Assembly: GCA_041166385.1 (NCBI GenBank)
Contig: JBEEFW010000021.1
Location: 32,185 to 96,184, forward strand
DNA from: Acidimicrobiaceae bacterium
Lineage (GTDB): Bacteria; Actinomycetota; Acidimicrobiia; Acidimicrobiales; JACDCH01
DNA length: 64,000 nt
Direction: 5' to 3'
Below, piece after piece: positions 26,261-36,355 of the stretch. A model generated the notes under the pieces. That model was not told the DNA's origin, did no database searches, and saw only the letters and a program-made list of their open reading frames with translations. The position numbers were made by a program, and so were the translations under genes. How positions within the stretch are numbered: position 1 is the stretch's first letter; every line of letters starts with the position of its first letter.

Positions 26261-27334
26261 ATGCCAGCGCCCGTCGATTGGGATCTCGCCGAGCGGATCG
26301 CGGTGCGAGTCGGGGGACGGGAGCCTTTCGCCGAGTCGTACCACTATGCCTCGCTGCTGCCCGACTTCGAGGAGCTGACGGCCGAGGCCGAGGAGCTCGT
26401 CTTTGCTGCGACCGGCCTGCGATCACTGTCAGGACCGGCCCGCGCTCGGGTCACGGATCGCGCTGGATGGGTGCGGGCCAACATCGCGTCGTTCTCGCGA
26501 TTGCTCCGGCCCCTCACCGACAAGCTCGGTGAGCGCATGGGCGACGGCAAGCTCACGCCGGTCGCGCGCCGAGCCACCGGCGCGGAGCTCGGCTTGCTGC
26601 TCGGATGGATGAGCACGCGGGTCCTTGGTCAGTACGACTTGCTGATCGTCGAAGACGAGAACCCGGAAGACCAGGACATCGTCTACTACGTGGGTCCGAA
26701 CGTCATTGCGCTCGAGAAGCGCTTCGCATTCCCCCCGCGCGAGTTCCGGTTGTGGCTGGCCCTGCACGAGGTCACGCACCGGGCGCAGTTCACTGGCGTG
26801 CCCTGGTTGCGCGGCCACTTCCTGTCGCTGGTCGAGCGCAGCCTCGACACCGTCGAGCCGGATCCCAAACGCTTCATGGTCGCCTTGCGCCGAGTGATCG
26901 AGAGCTCGCGCGAAGGTCGCAGTGCCCTGGAGGACGGCGGGCTCGTCGCGTTGCTCGCCACACCGGAACAGGGTGAATTGCTCCAGCAGATCGGCGGGAT
27001 GATGAGCCTGCTGGAAGGGCATGGCGACGTCACCATGGATCGCGCCGGCGCCGGGCTCATCCCGAGCGCCGAGCGCTTCAGCCGAGTGCTGCGGCAACGC
27101 CGGCAACAAGGCAGCGCCATGGCGAAGATCGTGCAGCGGCTGCTCGGCTTCGAGGCGAAGCTCAATCAGTACGAGCAGGGCGAGAAGTTCATCGCGGCAG
27201 TGGAGGCCGTAGGCGGGCCCGAGCTGCTCAACCGCGCGTTTGCCGCTCCGGAGTTGCTCCCGAGCCTGGCTGAGATCCGGGATCCGCAGTCGTGGATCGG
27301 GCGGGTCGCTGTCGCGCGCGCGGCCGCGGTATAG
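26261..27334 (+). CDS. zinc-dependent metalloprotease, DUF2342 family
   Basis: 357 aa with an HExxH motif (LHEVTHRAQF). Occupies the conserved actinobacterial position upstream of tilS. Confidence 0.85.
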   Translation: MPAPVDWDLAERIAVRVGGREPFAESYHYASLLPDFEELTAEAEELVFAATGLRSLSGPARARVTDRAGWVRANIASFSRLLRPLTDKLGERMGDGKLTPVARRATGAELGLLLGWMSTRVLGQYDLLIVEDENPEDQDIVYYVGPNVIALEKRFAFPPREFRLWLALHEVTHRAQFTGVPWLRGHFLSLVERSLDTVEPDPKRFMVALRRVIESSREGRSALEDGGLVALLATPEQGELLQQIGGMMSLLEGHGDVTMDRAGAGLIPSAERFSRVLRQRRQQGSAMAKIVQRLLGFEAKLNQYEQGEKFIAAVEAVGGPELLNRAFAAPELLPSLAEIRDPQSWIGRVAVARAAAV

Positions 27335-27343
27335 GCCCGGCGC

Positions 27344-28099
27344 ATGGCCACGATCCTGATCGTCGACGACGAGCCGGATATCCGGCTGCTCACCAAGCTC
27401 AATCTCGAGCGCGACGGTCACCGCATCGTCACTGCGAGCAACGGGGCCGAGGCGCTGGCCGCGGTACAAGAGGCGCCGCCCGACCTGATCCTGCTCGACG
27501 TGATGATGCCGGAAGTCGACGGCTGGGCCGTGCTCGACCAGCTGAAGGCGCACCTCGGCAAGCCGATCAGCGACATCCCGGTGATCCTGCTCACCGCGCT
27601 CGGCAGCCCCCTCGATCGGGTCAAGGGCGGTATCGAGGGCGCGGTCCGCTACATGACGAAGCCCATCGACCTCGACGAGCTCCGCAACGCGGTGACCGAG
27701 GCGTTGAACGCGCCGGAGAACACGCAGCGCCGGAAGGCGCAAGGCAAGGCTCTCGAGATGCTGGCCCGCATCGAGAGCAACGTGTCGCCGACCGCGGCCG
27801 ACACCGCGCCGCGCCCGCGACTCAGCGGGCTCGAGCGCGGCCCGGAGCCGCCGCGGCCGAGCGCGCCGACCGCTGGACAGCAAGCGGCCGCCAACCTCGA
27901 TCAACTCACCGTGAAGCAACGCGAGCTGCTCGAGGCGGTGTGGCGGGCGCCAACGGTGATGGAAGCGGCGGCATCGCTGCACATGAGCCGCTCCAACGTC
28001 TACTCGAGCCTGCGCCGTATCAGTCGCAAGCTCGGCACGAAGTCGGTGCGCGAGTTGCTGCACCTCGTGCGCCACGGCGACCTGTTCCCGAAGGAATGA
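27344..28099 (+). CDS. response regulator (receiver domain + LuxR/GerE-like HTH)
   Basis: DDEPD..., phospho-acceptor LILLDVMMP and YMTKP form the REC domain. A Pro/Ala linker follows. The C-terminal LTVKQRELLEAV...SLHMSRSNVYSSLRRISRKLG is HTH-like. Confidence 0.85.
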   Translation: MATILIVDDEPDIRLLTKLNLERDGHRIVTASNGAEALAAVQEAPPDLILLDVMMPEVDGWAVLDQLKAHLGKPISDIPVILLTALGSPLDRVKGGIEGAVRYMTKPIDLDELRNAVTEALNAPENTQRRKAQGKALEMLARIESNVSPTAADTAPRPRLSGLERGPEPPRPSAPTAGQQAAANLDQLTVKQRELLEAVWRAPTVMEAAASLHMSRSNVYSSLRRISRKLGTKSVRELLHLVRHGDLFPKE

Positions 28100-28971
28100 C
28101 CGACGCGGCGGTCGATTCGCTGCTCGCCCGCTGCCGGTTTCCCGCACCTGAGTCGGCGGCGGCCTGCGCGGTGTCGGGCGGCGCGGACTCGCTCGCGCTG
28201 CTCGTGCTCGCGTGCGCGGCAGGCTGTGCCGTGACTGCTGTGCACGTCGACCATGGTCTGCGCGATGGCTCCGATCGTGAGGCGGATGTGGTCGCGGCGG
28301 CGGCGCAACGATTCGGAGCGAGGTTCGAGGCGTGCACGGTCGAGGTCGCCGCCGGGCCGAACGTGGAGGCGCGGGCGCGCGCCGCTCGCTATCGCGTGCT
28401 GCCGCCCGACGTGCTCACCGGCCACACGGCCGACGATCAAGCGGAGACGGTGTTGCTCAACCTGATGCGAGGCGCCGCGCTCGACGGCCTGCGCGGTATG
28501 CCCGCCGAGCGGCGTCCGTTGATTGGGATTCGCAGGGCCGACACGCATGCGTTGTGCGCGGCGCTCGGGCTCGAACCGGTGAACGATCTGAGCAACGACG
28601 ATCGATCGCTGCGCCGCAATCGAGTGCGGCACGAGCTGTTGCCACTGCTCGACTCGATCGCGGCGCGAGATGTGGCCCCGGTGATCGGCCGTCAGGCTGA
28701 GCTGCTCGGCGACGACGCCGCGCTGCTCGACGCGTTGAGCGAGACGATCGAGCCCACCGACGTGAAGTCGTTGCAGGCGGCGCCTCCACCCCTCGCGCGT
28801 CGGGCTGTGCGGGCGTGGCTGCGCGGCGGCTCCGATGCCGAACACCATCCGCCTGACGCCGCGACGGTCGAGCGGGTGCTGGCGGTCGCGCGCGGCGAGT
28901 CGAAGGCTTCGGACATCGGCGGCGGACGACGTGTCGTGCGCTCGCACGGACGGCTTACGATCACGCCGTGA
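28096..28971 (+). CDS. tilS: tRNA(Ile)-lysidine synthase (short form)
   Basis: ATGA overlap with the response-regulator stop. PP-loop SGGADS. 291 aa. Confidence 0.85.
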   Translation: MTDAAVDSLLARCRFPAPESAAACAVSGGADSLALLVLACAAGCAVTAVHVDHGLRDGSDREADVVAAAAQRFGARFEACTVEVAAGPNVEARARAARYRVLPPDVLTGHTADDQAETVLLNLMRGAALDGLRGMPAERRPLIGIRRADTHALCAALGLEPVNDLSNDDRSLRRNRVRHELLPLLDSIAARDVAPVIGRQAELLGDDAALLDALSETIEPTDVKSLQAAPPPLARRAVRAWLRGGSDAEHHPPDAATVERVLAVARGESKASDIGGGRRVVRSHGRLTITP

Positions 28972-28978
28972 TCGATTC

Positions 28979-29497
28979 ATGACGGTTGGCGATGTCGTTG
29001 TCGGCGAGGACGAGCTCAAGGGACGCATCGCTGAGCTGGGCAAGGAGATCACGGCCGACTACGACGGACGGGCCCCCCTGCTCGTCGGTGTCCTCAAGGG
29101 CGCCTTCGTCTTCATGAGCGACCTCGCTCGCCAGATCGATCTGCCGCTCGAGGTCGACTTCATGGCCGTCTCGTCGTACGGGAGCTCGACCAAGACCAGC
29201 GGGATCGTGCGGATCGTCAAGGATCTCGATCTCGACCTCGTCGATCGACACGTGATCATCGTCGAGGACATCGTGGACTCGGGGCTGACGCTGCGGTGGT
29301 TGCGCCGGAACCTCGCTTCGCGCAACCCGACCAGCGTCGAGGTCTGCGCCCTGCTCGTGAAGGACGGCCTGCAGCGCGACGACCCCGACCTCAAGTACGT
29401 CGGCTTCCACATCCCGCCCGATTTCGTGGTCGGCTACGGACTCGATGTGAACCAGCGCCATCGCAATCTCCCGTCGATTCGCCGCTGGGTCGAGTGA
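28979..29497 (+). CDS. hpt: hypoxanthine phosphoribosyltransferase
   Basis: 172 aa from [17 protein letters not shown]... PRPP motif [13 protein letters not shown]. Confidence 0.9.
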   Translation: MTVGDVVVGEDELKGRIAELGKEITADYDGRAPLLVGVLKGAFVFMSDLARQIDLPLEVDFMAVSSYGSSTKTSGIVRIVKDLDLDLVDRHVIIVEDIVDSGLTLRWLRRNLASRNPTSVEVCALLVKDGLQRDDPDLKYVGFHIPPDFVVGYGLDVNQRHRNLPSIRRWVE

Positions 29498-29549
29498 CCT
29501 TCGAGCGGAAAGGAAACCCGGCGCGGACGGCCGGTAGCCTCTCGGGGCC

Positions 29550-31517
29550 GTGAAGAAGCGCCTTTCCCGCCCGCTCGTCCTGTATCTCGCCATTGCCGTG
29601 CTGGCATTGGTCGTCGGCACGACATGGCTGCGCAGCGGCGACGGGCCGAAGAAGCTCTCGCTCGACGAGTTCGAAACCCAGCTGGCCGACGGCGGTGTGG
29701 CTGACGCCACCGTCAAGGACCAGGACCATCGCGTCACGGGCAAGCTGCGCGACGGCACCTCGTACACCGTGTCGTACCCGGAGCAGTACGCCGATGAGCT
29801 CACGACCGAGATCACCGGTGCCCACGTCAAGATCGATGTCGACCAGCAGAAGGAGTCCTTGTGGCTCTCGCTGTTGTTCACGATCCTGCCGATCCTGCTC
29901 CTGGTCGGGTTCTTCTTCCTGATCATGAATTCGATGCAGGGCGGCGGTCGCGTGCTGCAGTTCGGCAAAGCGCGGGCGAAACAGCACGGCGACGCCAACG
30001 TGCAGGTCACCTTCGCCGACGTCGCCGGGTGCGACGAAGCCGTGGAGGAGCTGCAAGAGATCAAGGAGTTCCTCGAGAACCCGGCCCGGTTCCAGGCGAT
30101 GGGCGCCAAGATCCCGAAGGGCGTGCTGCTGTACGGGCCGCCGGGGACGGGCAAGACGTTGCTCGCCCGCGCGGTCGCCGGTGAAGCCGGCGTGCCGTTC
30201 TTCTCCATCTCCGGCTCCGACTTCGTCGAGATGTTCGTCGGCGTCGGTGCCAGCCGTGTGCGCGACCTCTTCGACCAAGCCAAGCAAACGGCTCCGGCGA
30301 TCGTGTTCGTCGACGAGATCGACGCCGTCGGCCGCCACCGCGGGGCCGGGCTCGGCGGTGGTCACGACGAGCGGGAGCAGACGCTCAACCAGTTGCTCGT
30401 CGAGATGGATGGTTTCGACCCGCGAGCGGGGGTCATCCTCATCGCGGCCACGAACCGTCCCGACATCCTCGACCCCGCGCTGCTGCGCCCCGGTCGCTTC
30501 GACCGCCAGATCGTCGTCGACAAACCCGACATCGTGGGGCGCACCGACATCCTCGAGGTGCACGCCAAGGGCAAGCCGTTGGCCGAGGGTGTGAACCTCC
30601 TGACGCTCGCCAAGCGCACGCCCGGTTTCACGGGCGCCGATCTCGCGAATCTCCTGAACGAAGCCGCGCTGCTGTCGGCCCGTCGCGAGCTCTCGCAGAT
30701 CGGCATGATGCAGCTCGAGGAAGCCATCGACCGCGTACTCGCCGGACCCGAGCGCCGGTCCCGCGTGATGAGCGAGGCGGAGAAGCGCGTCATCGCGTAC
30801 CACGAGGCCGGCCATGCGCTCGTCGCGCACGTCATGCCCGAGGGCGACAACGTGCACAAGGTGTCGATCGTGTCGCGCGGTCGGGCGCTCGGTCTCACGT
30901 GGTTCCTGCCCGAGGATCGCTACACCCACAGCCGGGCGCAACTACGCGCCCAGATGGCGTCCGCGCTCGGCGGTCGCTCGGCTGAGGAGCTGGTGTTCGG
31001 TGAGATCACCACCGGCGCGGCCAACGACATCGAGAAGTGCACCGAGATCGCCAAGGCGATGGTCACGCAGTACGGCATGAGTGCGGTACTCGGGCCGCGC
31101 AAGTTCGGTCAGCCCGATGGCGAGGTGTTCATGGGGCGCGATCAGGGCAACCAGCGCGACTATTCCGACGATGTGGCCAGCCAGATCGACACCGAAGTCA
31201 ACATGCTCATCGAGCAGGCGCACGACGAAGCGCACGCGATCCTCATTGCGCACCGGGCCACGCTCGACGCGCTGGCCGGTGCGCTCATCGAGCGCGAGAC
31301 GGTCGACGATGCTGAGCTTGCAGAGCTGTTCAAAGACATGGAGAAGTGGGAAGGTCCGCCGTCGGCGGCGCCGGCGCCATCACCTCCGCCCGCTCCTCCG
31401 GAGACCGTGATCCCGGTGCCCGTGGCCGAGCCCGTGCCCGCGCAGGTTGTTCCCGTGTCCGCGCTGCAGCGCATCGGCCGCGCATGGCGTCGAGCACCGC
31501 GACCGAGTGCGCCGTGA
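29550..31517 (+). CDS. ftsH: ATP-dependent zinc metalloprotease FtsH
   Basis: GTG start. Two N-terminal TM segments, Walker A GPPGTGKT, and the zinc site HEAGHAL. Confidence 0.95.
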   Translation: MKKRLSRPLVLYLAIAVLALVVGTTWLRSGDGPKKLSLDEFETQLADGGVADATVKDQDHRVTGKLRDGTSYTVSYPEQYADELTTEITGAHVKIDVDQQKESLWLSLLFTILPILLLVGFFFLIMNSMQGGGRVLQFGKARAKQHGDANVQVTFADVAGCDEAVEELQEIKEFLENPARFQAMGAKIPKGVLLYGPPGTGKTLLARAVAGEAGVPFFSISGSDFVEMFVGVGASRVRDLFDQAKQTAPAIVFVDEIDAVGRHRGAGLGGGHDEREQTLNQLLVEMDGFDPRAGVILIAATNRPDILDPALLRPGRFDRQIVVDKPDIVGRTDILEVHAKGKPLAEGVNLLTLAKRTPGFTGADLANLLNEAALLSARRELSQIGMMQLEEAIDRVLAGPERRSRVMSEAEKRVIAYHEAGHALVAHVMPEGDNVHKVSIVSRGRALGLTWFLPEDRYTHSRAQLRAQMASALGGRSAEELVFGEITTGAANDIEKCTEIAKAMVTQYGMSAVLGPRKFGQPDGEVFMGRDQGNQRDYSDDVASQIDTEVNMLIEQAHDEAHAILIAHRATLDALAGALIERETVDDAELAELFKDMEKWEGPPSAAPAPSPPPAPPETVIPVPVAEPVPAQVVPVSALQRIGRAWRRAPRPSAP

Positions 31518-32122
31518 GCGAAGCGGAACGCGTCTCGCGGTTGCCCTTGCCGGCGGCGGTCGACAAGCCCCGCATTGAGCGCGCCGTACGCGAGATCCTC
31601 GAAGCGATCGGTGAGGACCCAGAGCGCGAAGGTCTGATCGACACGCCCGCGCGTGTTGCGCGCATGTACGAAGAGATCTTCGAAGGCATGCGCGTCGATC
31701 CTTCGGAGTACCTGCAGACGCAGTTCGAAACCGATCACGACGAGATGGTGATGGTTCGCGACATCCCGATGTACTCGGCCTGTGAGCATCATCTGCTGCC
31801 GTGGATCGGCAAGGCGCACGTGGCCTACATCCCGAGCGACGACGGCCGAGTCACCGGGCTGTCGAAGCTGGCCCGCCTGGTCGATGCCTACGCCAAACGT
31901 CCGCAAGTGCAGGAACGGCTCACCTCACAGATCGCCGACGAGCTCGATCGCAGCCTGCAACCCAAGGGCGTGATGGTCGTGATCGAGGCCGAGCACCTGT
32001 GCATGACCATGCGCGGCATCCGCAAGCCGGGCGCCAGCACGGTGACGTCGGCCGTGCGCGGTCTCTTCCGCCAGAACGTGGCGACGCGAGAAGAAGCGAT
32101 GCGCTTCATCCAAGGCCGGTAG
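31514..32122 (+). CDS. folE: GTP cyclohydrolase I
   Basis: CEHHLLP motif. The preferred start is GTG 31514 (GTGA overlap with the ftsH stop). The alternative is ATG 31484. Confidence 0.9.
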   Translation: MSEAERVSRLPLPAAVDKPRIERAVREILEAIGEDPEREGLIDTPARVARMYEEIFEGMRVDPSEYLQTQFETDHDEMVMVRDIPMYSACEHHLLPWIGKAHVAYIPSDDGRVTGLSKLARLVDAYAKRPQVQERLTSQIADELDRSLQPKGVMVVIEAEHLCMTMRGIRKPGASTVTSAVRGLFRQNVATREEAMRFIQGR

Positions 32123-32143
32123 GTCGATCTGACGGTTCCGCTT

Positions 32144-32923
32144 GTGATGGGGGTCATCAACGTGACCCCGGATTCGTTCTCCGACGGTGGGCTCTTCCTC
32201 GATCACGAGGCGGCCATCGTGCGCGGCCATGCGTTGATCGCCGAGGGGGCCGACGTGATCGACATCGGCGGAGAGTCGACCCGTCCCGGCGCCGAAGGCG
32301 TGCCCGTCGGCGTGGAGCTCGAGCGGGTGCTTCCCGTGGTCGAGGCGCTCGCGCCGCACGTGCGGGTGTCGATCGACACGCGCAAGGCGAAGGTGGCCGA
32401 GGCGGCGATCGCCGCGGGCGCCACGTTGCTCAACGACGTGTCCGCGTCGCTGCACGAGGTCGCGGCCGCGGCCGGACCGTCCGTCGGCTTCGTCGCCATG
32501 CACATGCTCGGGGACCCGCGCACGATGCAGGCGAACCCCACCTACGACGACGTCGTCGCGGAGGTCTGCGAGTTCCTCGTGGCGAGGGCCGAGGCGGCCG
32601 TTGCCGCGGGCGTCGAAGAGGTGTGGATCGACCCAGGGATCGGATTTGGGAAGACGGCGGCGCACAACCTCTCGCTGCTGCACCGTCTCGATGTCCTGGT
32701 TTCGACCGGATTTCCGGTGGCCATCGGTACGAGCCGCAAGCGATTTCTGGGAGCGCTCCTGGCCGAGGCCGATCGCCCAAAACCGTTGGAACCAGTGGCA
32801 CCGGAGGATCGTGTTGAGGGCTCCGTGGCCACCGCCGTGTGGGCGATGGTCCAAGGCGTTCGCATGGTTCGGGTGCATGATGTCCGGGCCACGGTCCACG
32901 CCGCACGGGTGGTAGCCGGGTGA
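32144..32923 (+). CDS. folP: dihydropteroate synthase
   Basis: MGVINVTPDSFSDGG N-terminus, ...DIGGESTRPG... Confidence 0.9.
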   Translation: MMGVINVTPDSFSDGGLFLDHEAAIVRGHALIAEGADVIDIGGESTRPGAEGVPVGVELERVLPVVEALAPHVRVSIDTRKAKVAEAAIAAGATLLNDVSASLHEVAAAAGPSVGFVAMHMLGDPRTMQANPTYDDVVAEVCEFLVARAEAAVAAGVEEVWIDPGIGFGKTAAHNLSLLHRLDVLVSTGFPVAIGTSRKRFLGALLAEADRPKPLEPVAPEDRVEGSVATAVWAMVQGVRMVRVHDVRATVHAARVVAG

Positions 32924-32948
32924 ACGTCACTGAGCAGGGAGCGCAGTT

Positions 32949-33464
32949 GTGCCGGGCATGAAGGGCAAATGGGCCCAGGGCATCCAGCCGAGAAACTTCT
33001 CGTGGGTGGTCAAAGACAAGTTGGCGGTCTGTGAGCGGCCCGGCGGGTACGGGGCCAACCACCGACGCGTCCGGCGTCAGGAAGAGATCATCTGGATCCG
33101 CGAGCAGGGCTTCGCCTGCGTTGTGTCGCTCATCCCGTCACCGCACAACCTGCACAACTACGACGAGCTCGGCGTCACGTGGCGGCACCGTCCGTTCACG
33201 CAGGGCGACGACGCGCAGCGCTTTGTGGCCACGTTCTTCCCCGAGTTGCGCACGATGCTCTCCGAAGGACAGAAGGTGCTGGTCCACCAGGACGAGTTGG
33301 GCGACCGAGTGTCCGGGTTGATGGCCGGGTTCCTGTTGTGGTCGGGCATGGTCGAATCGGGTCCGCAGGCCATCTCGATCACGGAGCAGCTCGTGCATCG
33401 CCAACTCGGCCCGATGGCACGCGGGTTGGTGACGATCGCCGCGGAGCTTCCGCCGCCCGTCTGA
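32949..33464 (+). CDS. dual-specificity-phosphatase-like protein with Gln in place of the catalytic Cys
   Basis: 171 aa with a DSP-like layout. The P-loop reads KVLVHQDELGDRVSGLMAGFLLW, against the canonical VHCxxGxxRS/T. The Gln114 codon is CAG at 33288-33290. Confidence 0.6.
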   Translation: MPGMKGKWAQGIQPRNFSWVVKDKLAVCERPGGYGANHRRVRRQEEIIWIREQGFACVVSLIPSPHNLHNYDELGVTWRHRPFTQGDDAQRFVATFFPELRTMLSEGQKVLVHQDELGDRVSGLMAGFLLWSGMVESGPQAISITEQLVHRQLGPMARGLVTIAAELPPPV

Positions 33465-33469
33465 GTCGT

Positions 33470-33826
33470 ATGGACGAGATACAACTTCGTGGGCTCGTGG
33501 CATCGGGCTACTGCGGCGCGCTGCCAGAAGAGCAGGAGCGGATGCAGCCGCTCGAAGTCGATCTCGACGTTGGTCTCGATCTCCGCCCCGCTGGCGAGTC
33601 CGACGCGCTGGACGACACCGTCGACTACGGCGTGTTGTGCGCGATGGTCGAGCGGATCATCACGACAGAGCGGTTCACGCTGCTCGAGCGGCTGGCCGTC
33701 CGCATCGCCGAGGTCGCGCTGGCCGACGAGCGCGTCGAATCCGTGACGGTTGCCGTGCGCAAGCTCAGGCCTCCTGTGCCGCAACAACTCACCACGTCAG
33801 GTGTGCGCATCACGAGGACGCGCTGA
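33470..33826 (+). CDS. folB: dihydroneopterin aldolase
   Basis: 118 aa: MDEIQLRGLVASGYCGALPEEQERMQPLEVDLDV...DTVDYG... Confidence 0.85.
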   Translation: MDEIQLRGLVASGYCGALPEEQERMQPLEVDLDVGLDLRPAGESDALDDTVDYGVLCAMVERIITTERFTLLERLAVRIAEVALADERVESVTVAVRKLRPPVPQQLTTSGVRITRTR

Positions 33827-34281
33827 TGTCCCGCCGGGTGTTGCTCGGTCTCGGGTCGAACCTCGGCGATCGGCGGCGCCTGCTGCGAGACGCGATCGAT
33901 TCGCTGCCGGGAGTGACGAAGGTGTCGGGTCTGTACGAGACCGATCCGATCGGCGGTCCCGCGGAGCAGCAGAAGTACTTGAACCTCGTCGCGGCGATCG
34001 ACTCCGTCGCGACCCCGCGTCAGCTGTTGGGCATGTGCCATCGCCTCGAGTCGGCTGCGGGGCGAGTCCGCGGTGAGCGTTGGGGACCGCGCCAGCTCGA
34101 CATCGACATCCTCTGGATCGACGGCGAGACGGTCGAGGAGGAAGATCTGCAGGTGCCGCACCCGCGGATGTGGGATCGCCGATTCGTGCTCGTACCGCTC
34201 GCTGACGTTGCGCCCGAGCTCCTCCCGGACGGCTGGGAGGACCGCGTCGACGGCTGGGTGACTCCGGTCGAGCCACTGTGA
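33826..34281 (+). CDS. folK: 2-amino-4-hydroxy-6-hydroxymethyldihydropteridine diphosphokinase
   Basis: 151 aa: LGLGSNLGDR..., RWGPRQLDIDIL, PHPRMWDRRFVLVPL. 1-nt overlap with the folB stop. Confidence 0.9.
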   Translation: MSRRVLLGLGSNLGDRRRLLRDAIDSLPGVTKVSGLYETDPIGGPAEQQKYLNLVAAIDSVATPRQLLGMCHRLESAAGRVRGERWGPRQLDIDILWIDGETVEEEDLQVPHPRMWDRRFVLVPLADVAPELLPDGWEDRVDGWVTPVEPL

Positions 34282-34994
34282 CGTCGACGATTCGCGTCAT
34301 CGGGCGGGGGCGTGCGGGACGTTCGCTCTCGATCGCTCTTGGGCGCGCGGGATGGGGTCTCGGTGGGGTGCTCGGGCGCGAGGACGACGTGTCCGAAGCG
34401 GCGCAGGGCGTCGATCTGCTCGTGATCGCCGTGCCGGACGACTCGGTGGCATCGGTGGCCGCGTCGGTCACTCCGGTGCCGACCACGGTGATCGCTCACC
34501 TGGCGGGCTCGCTCGGCCTCGACGTGCTCGAGCCGCACGTGCGCCGGGGCGCGTTGCACCCGTTGGCGTCGTTGCCGTCCCCGGAAGTCGGCGCCGAGCG
34601 GTTACGGGGCGCGTGGTTCGCGATCGCGGGCGATCCGCTCGTGGCAGCGGTGGTGGCAGCCCTCGAGGGCCGCTCGTTCGAGGTGTCCGACAAGCGGCGA
34701 GCGGCGTACCACGCGGCCGCGGCGATCGCGTCGAACCACCTGGTGGCGCTGCTCGCACAAGTCGAGCGAGTCGCCGAAGGCGCTGCCGTTCCGTTCGACG
34801 CGTACCTCGACCTCGTGCGCGCCACCGTCGAGAACGTCGCGGCGCTTGGCCCGGTCGAAGCCCTCACCGGTCCGGCCGCACGAGGCGACGAGGCCACGAT
34901 CGCTCGGCACCTCGCCGCTTTGCCCGACGGCGAACGCGAGTTGTACGAGGTGCTGGCCGAAGCGTGCCGGAAGTTGGCCGCGTGCAAGTCCTGA
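34278..34994 (+). CDS. Rossmann-like DUF2520 protein (possible PanG-type ketopantoate reductase)
   Basis: GTG start with a GTGA overlap onto folK. N-terminal IGRGRAG dinucleotide-binding motif. Sits directly upstream of panC, as in other actinobacteria. Confidence 0.65.
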   Translation: MTSTIRVIGRGRAGRSLSIALGRAGWGLGGVLGREDDVSEAAQGVDLLVIAVPDDSVASVAASVTPVPTTVIAHLAGSLGLDVLEPHVRRGALHPLASLPSPEVGAERLRGAWFAIAGDPLVAAVVAALEGRSFEVSDKRRAAYHAAAAIASNHLVALLAQVERVAEGAAVPFDAYLDLVRATVENVAALGPVEALTGPAARGDEATIARHLAALPDGERELYEVLAEACRKLAACKS

Positions 34995-35845
34995 CGACGA
35001 TCGCCGAGACGCGATCGTTGCTCGACAAGGCGCGCGCTGCCGGCCGTAGCGTCGGCCTGGTCCCCACGATGGGCTACCTGCACGCCGGCCATCGCACGCT
35101 GATGGATCGATCGGTGGCGTCGCGGGACGTCACGCTGGCCACCGTTTTCGTGAACCCGCTGCAGTTCGGCGCGAGCGAGGATCTGTCGACCTACCCGCGT
35201 GACTTCGACCGCGACGCGGCGATGTGTGAAGCCGCGGGCGTGGATGTCGTGCTGCATCCGAGTGTGGAGGAGATGTATCCGCTGGGCACGCCCACGCTCA
35301 CCTCGGTGTCGGTGGCGGAGATCTCGGCACGGATGGAGGGGGCGTCGCGCCCGACGCACTTCGCCGGTGTGGCCACGGTGGTGTCGAAGCTGTTCAACAT
35401 CGCCGGGCCGTGTCACGCGTACTTCGGCGAGAAGGACTGGCAGCAGTTGGCGGTGATTCGCCGCATGGCCGCCGACCTGTCGTTTCCTGTGGACGTGGTG
35501 GGCTGCCCAACGGTGCGCGAGGCGGATGGTCTCGCGCTGTCGAGTCGCAACGCCTATCTCACCGTCGAGGAGCGGGTGGCCGCCCCAGTGCTGCACTGGG
35601 CGCTGGTCGCGGGAGCCGCGGCGATTGCGGCAGGGGAGCGCGACCCGGCCCGGGTGCGTGCGCTGGTGGCGGAGCTGATTCGTGCTGAGCCGCTGGCCCA
35701 CCTCGACTACGCCGACGTGGTCGACGCGGAGACCTTGCAGGAGGTCGACCCCTTGGCGGGGAAATTGCGTCTACTTGCGGCAGCCAGGTTCGGCCGTGCC
35801 AGACTTCTAGACAACGAGGGGGCGACCGCAGCGGCGCCCACCTGA
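34982..35845 (+). CDS. panC: pantoate--beta-alanine ligase
   Basis: GTG 34982 (VQVLTTIAE...). PTMGYLHAGH motif. 13-nt overlap with the upstream gene. Confidence 0.9.
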   Translation: MQVLTTIAETRSLLDKARAAGRSVGLVPTMGYLHAGHRTLMDRSVASRDVTLATVFVNPLQFGASEDLSTYPRDFDRDAAMCEAAGVDVVLHPSVEEMYPLGTPTLTSVSVAEISARMEGASRPTHFAGVATVVSKLFNIAGPCHAYFGEKDWQQLAVIRRMAADLSFPVDVVGCPTVREADGLALSSRNAYLTVEERVAAPVLHWALVAGAAAIAAGERDPARVRALVAELIRAEPLAHLDYADVVDAETLQEVDPLAGKLRLLAAARFGRARLLDNEGATAAAPT

Positions 35846-35857
35846 GGAGGAATCCCG

Positions 35858-36274
35858 ATGCGACGTCGCATGATGAAGTCGAAGATCCATCGCGCCACCG
35901 TCACCGACGCCAACCTCCACTACGTGGGCTCGATCACCGTCGATCGAGAGCTGATGCAGCAAGCGGACCTCTACGAGTACGAGCAGGTCGCCGTGGTCGA
36001 CATCGACAACGGGGCCCGCCTCGAGACGTACGTGATCGAAGGCGAGCCAGGGTCGGGGGCGATCTGCCTCAACGGCGCCGCCGCCCACCTGATCCACCCG
36101 GGCGACAAGGTGATCATCATCAGCTACGCCGAGTACGACGACGCCGAACTGCAGGCCGGCGGCGGCCACACTCCGACAATCGTCCACGTCGACACGGCCA
36201 ACCGCCCGATCCCCGAAGACCTCGCCCGCCAACTCGTCGGCGACCGCATCTACACCGAGGTCTCCGCCAACTAA
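35858..36274 (+). CDS. panD: aspartate 1-decarboxylase
   Basis: [24 protein letters not shown] (processing site G-S). Confidence 0.9.
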   Translation: MRRRMMKSKIHRATVTDANLHYVGSITVDRELMQQADLYEYEQVAVVDIDNGARLETYVIEGEPGSGAICLNGAAAHLIHPGDKVIIISYAEYDDAELQAGGGHTPTIVHVDTANRPIPEDLARQLVGDRIYTEVSAN

Positions 36275-36289
36275 TCGCGCTCGCTCACC

Positions 36290-36337
36290 AAATCCCACTC
36301 AGGCGTACACGCTTTTGTGTACGCCTGAGTGGGATTT
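36290..36337. repeat. palindromic intergenic element, copy 3 (21-bp arms including an A3/T3 extension)
   Basis: Sequence is AAATCCCACTCAGGCGTACAC-GCTTTT-GTGTACGCCTGAGTGGGATTT. Preceded by CTCACC (36284-36289). Lies between the panD stop (36274) and the nadB start (36356). Confidence 0.85.
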
Positions 36338-36355
36338 CGGAAATAGCGTGCCGGG

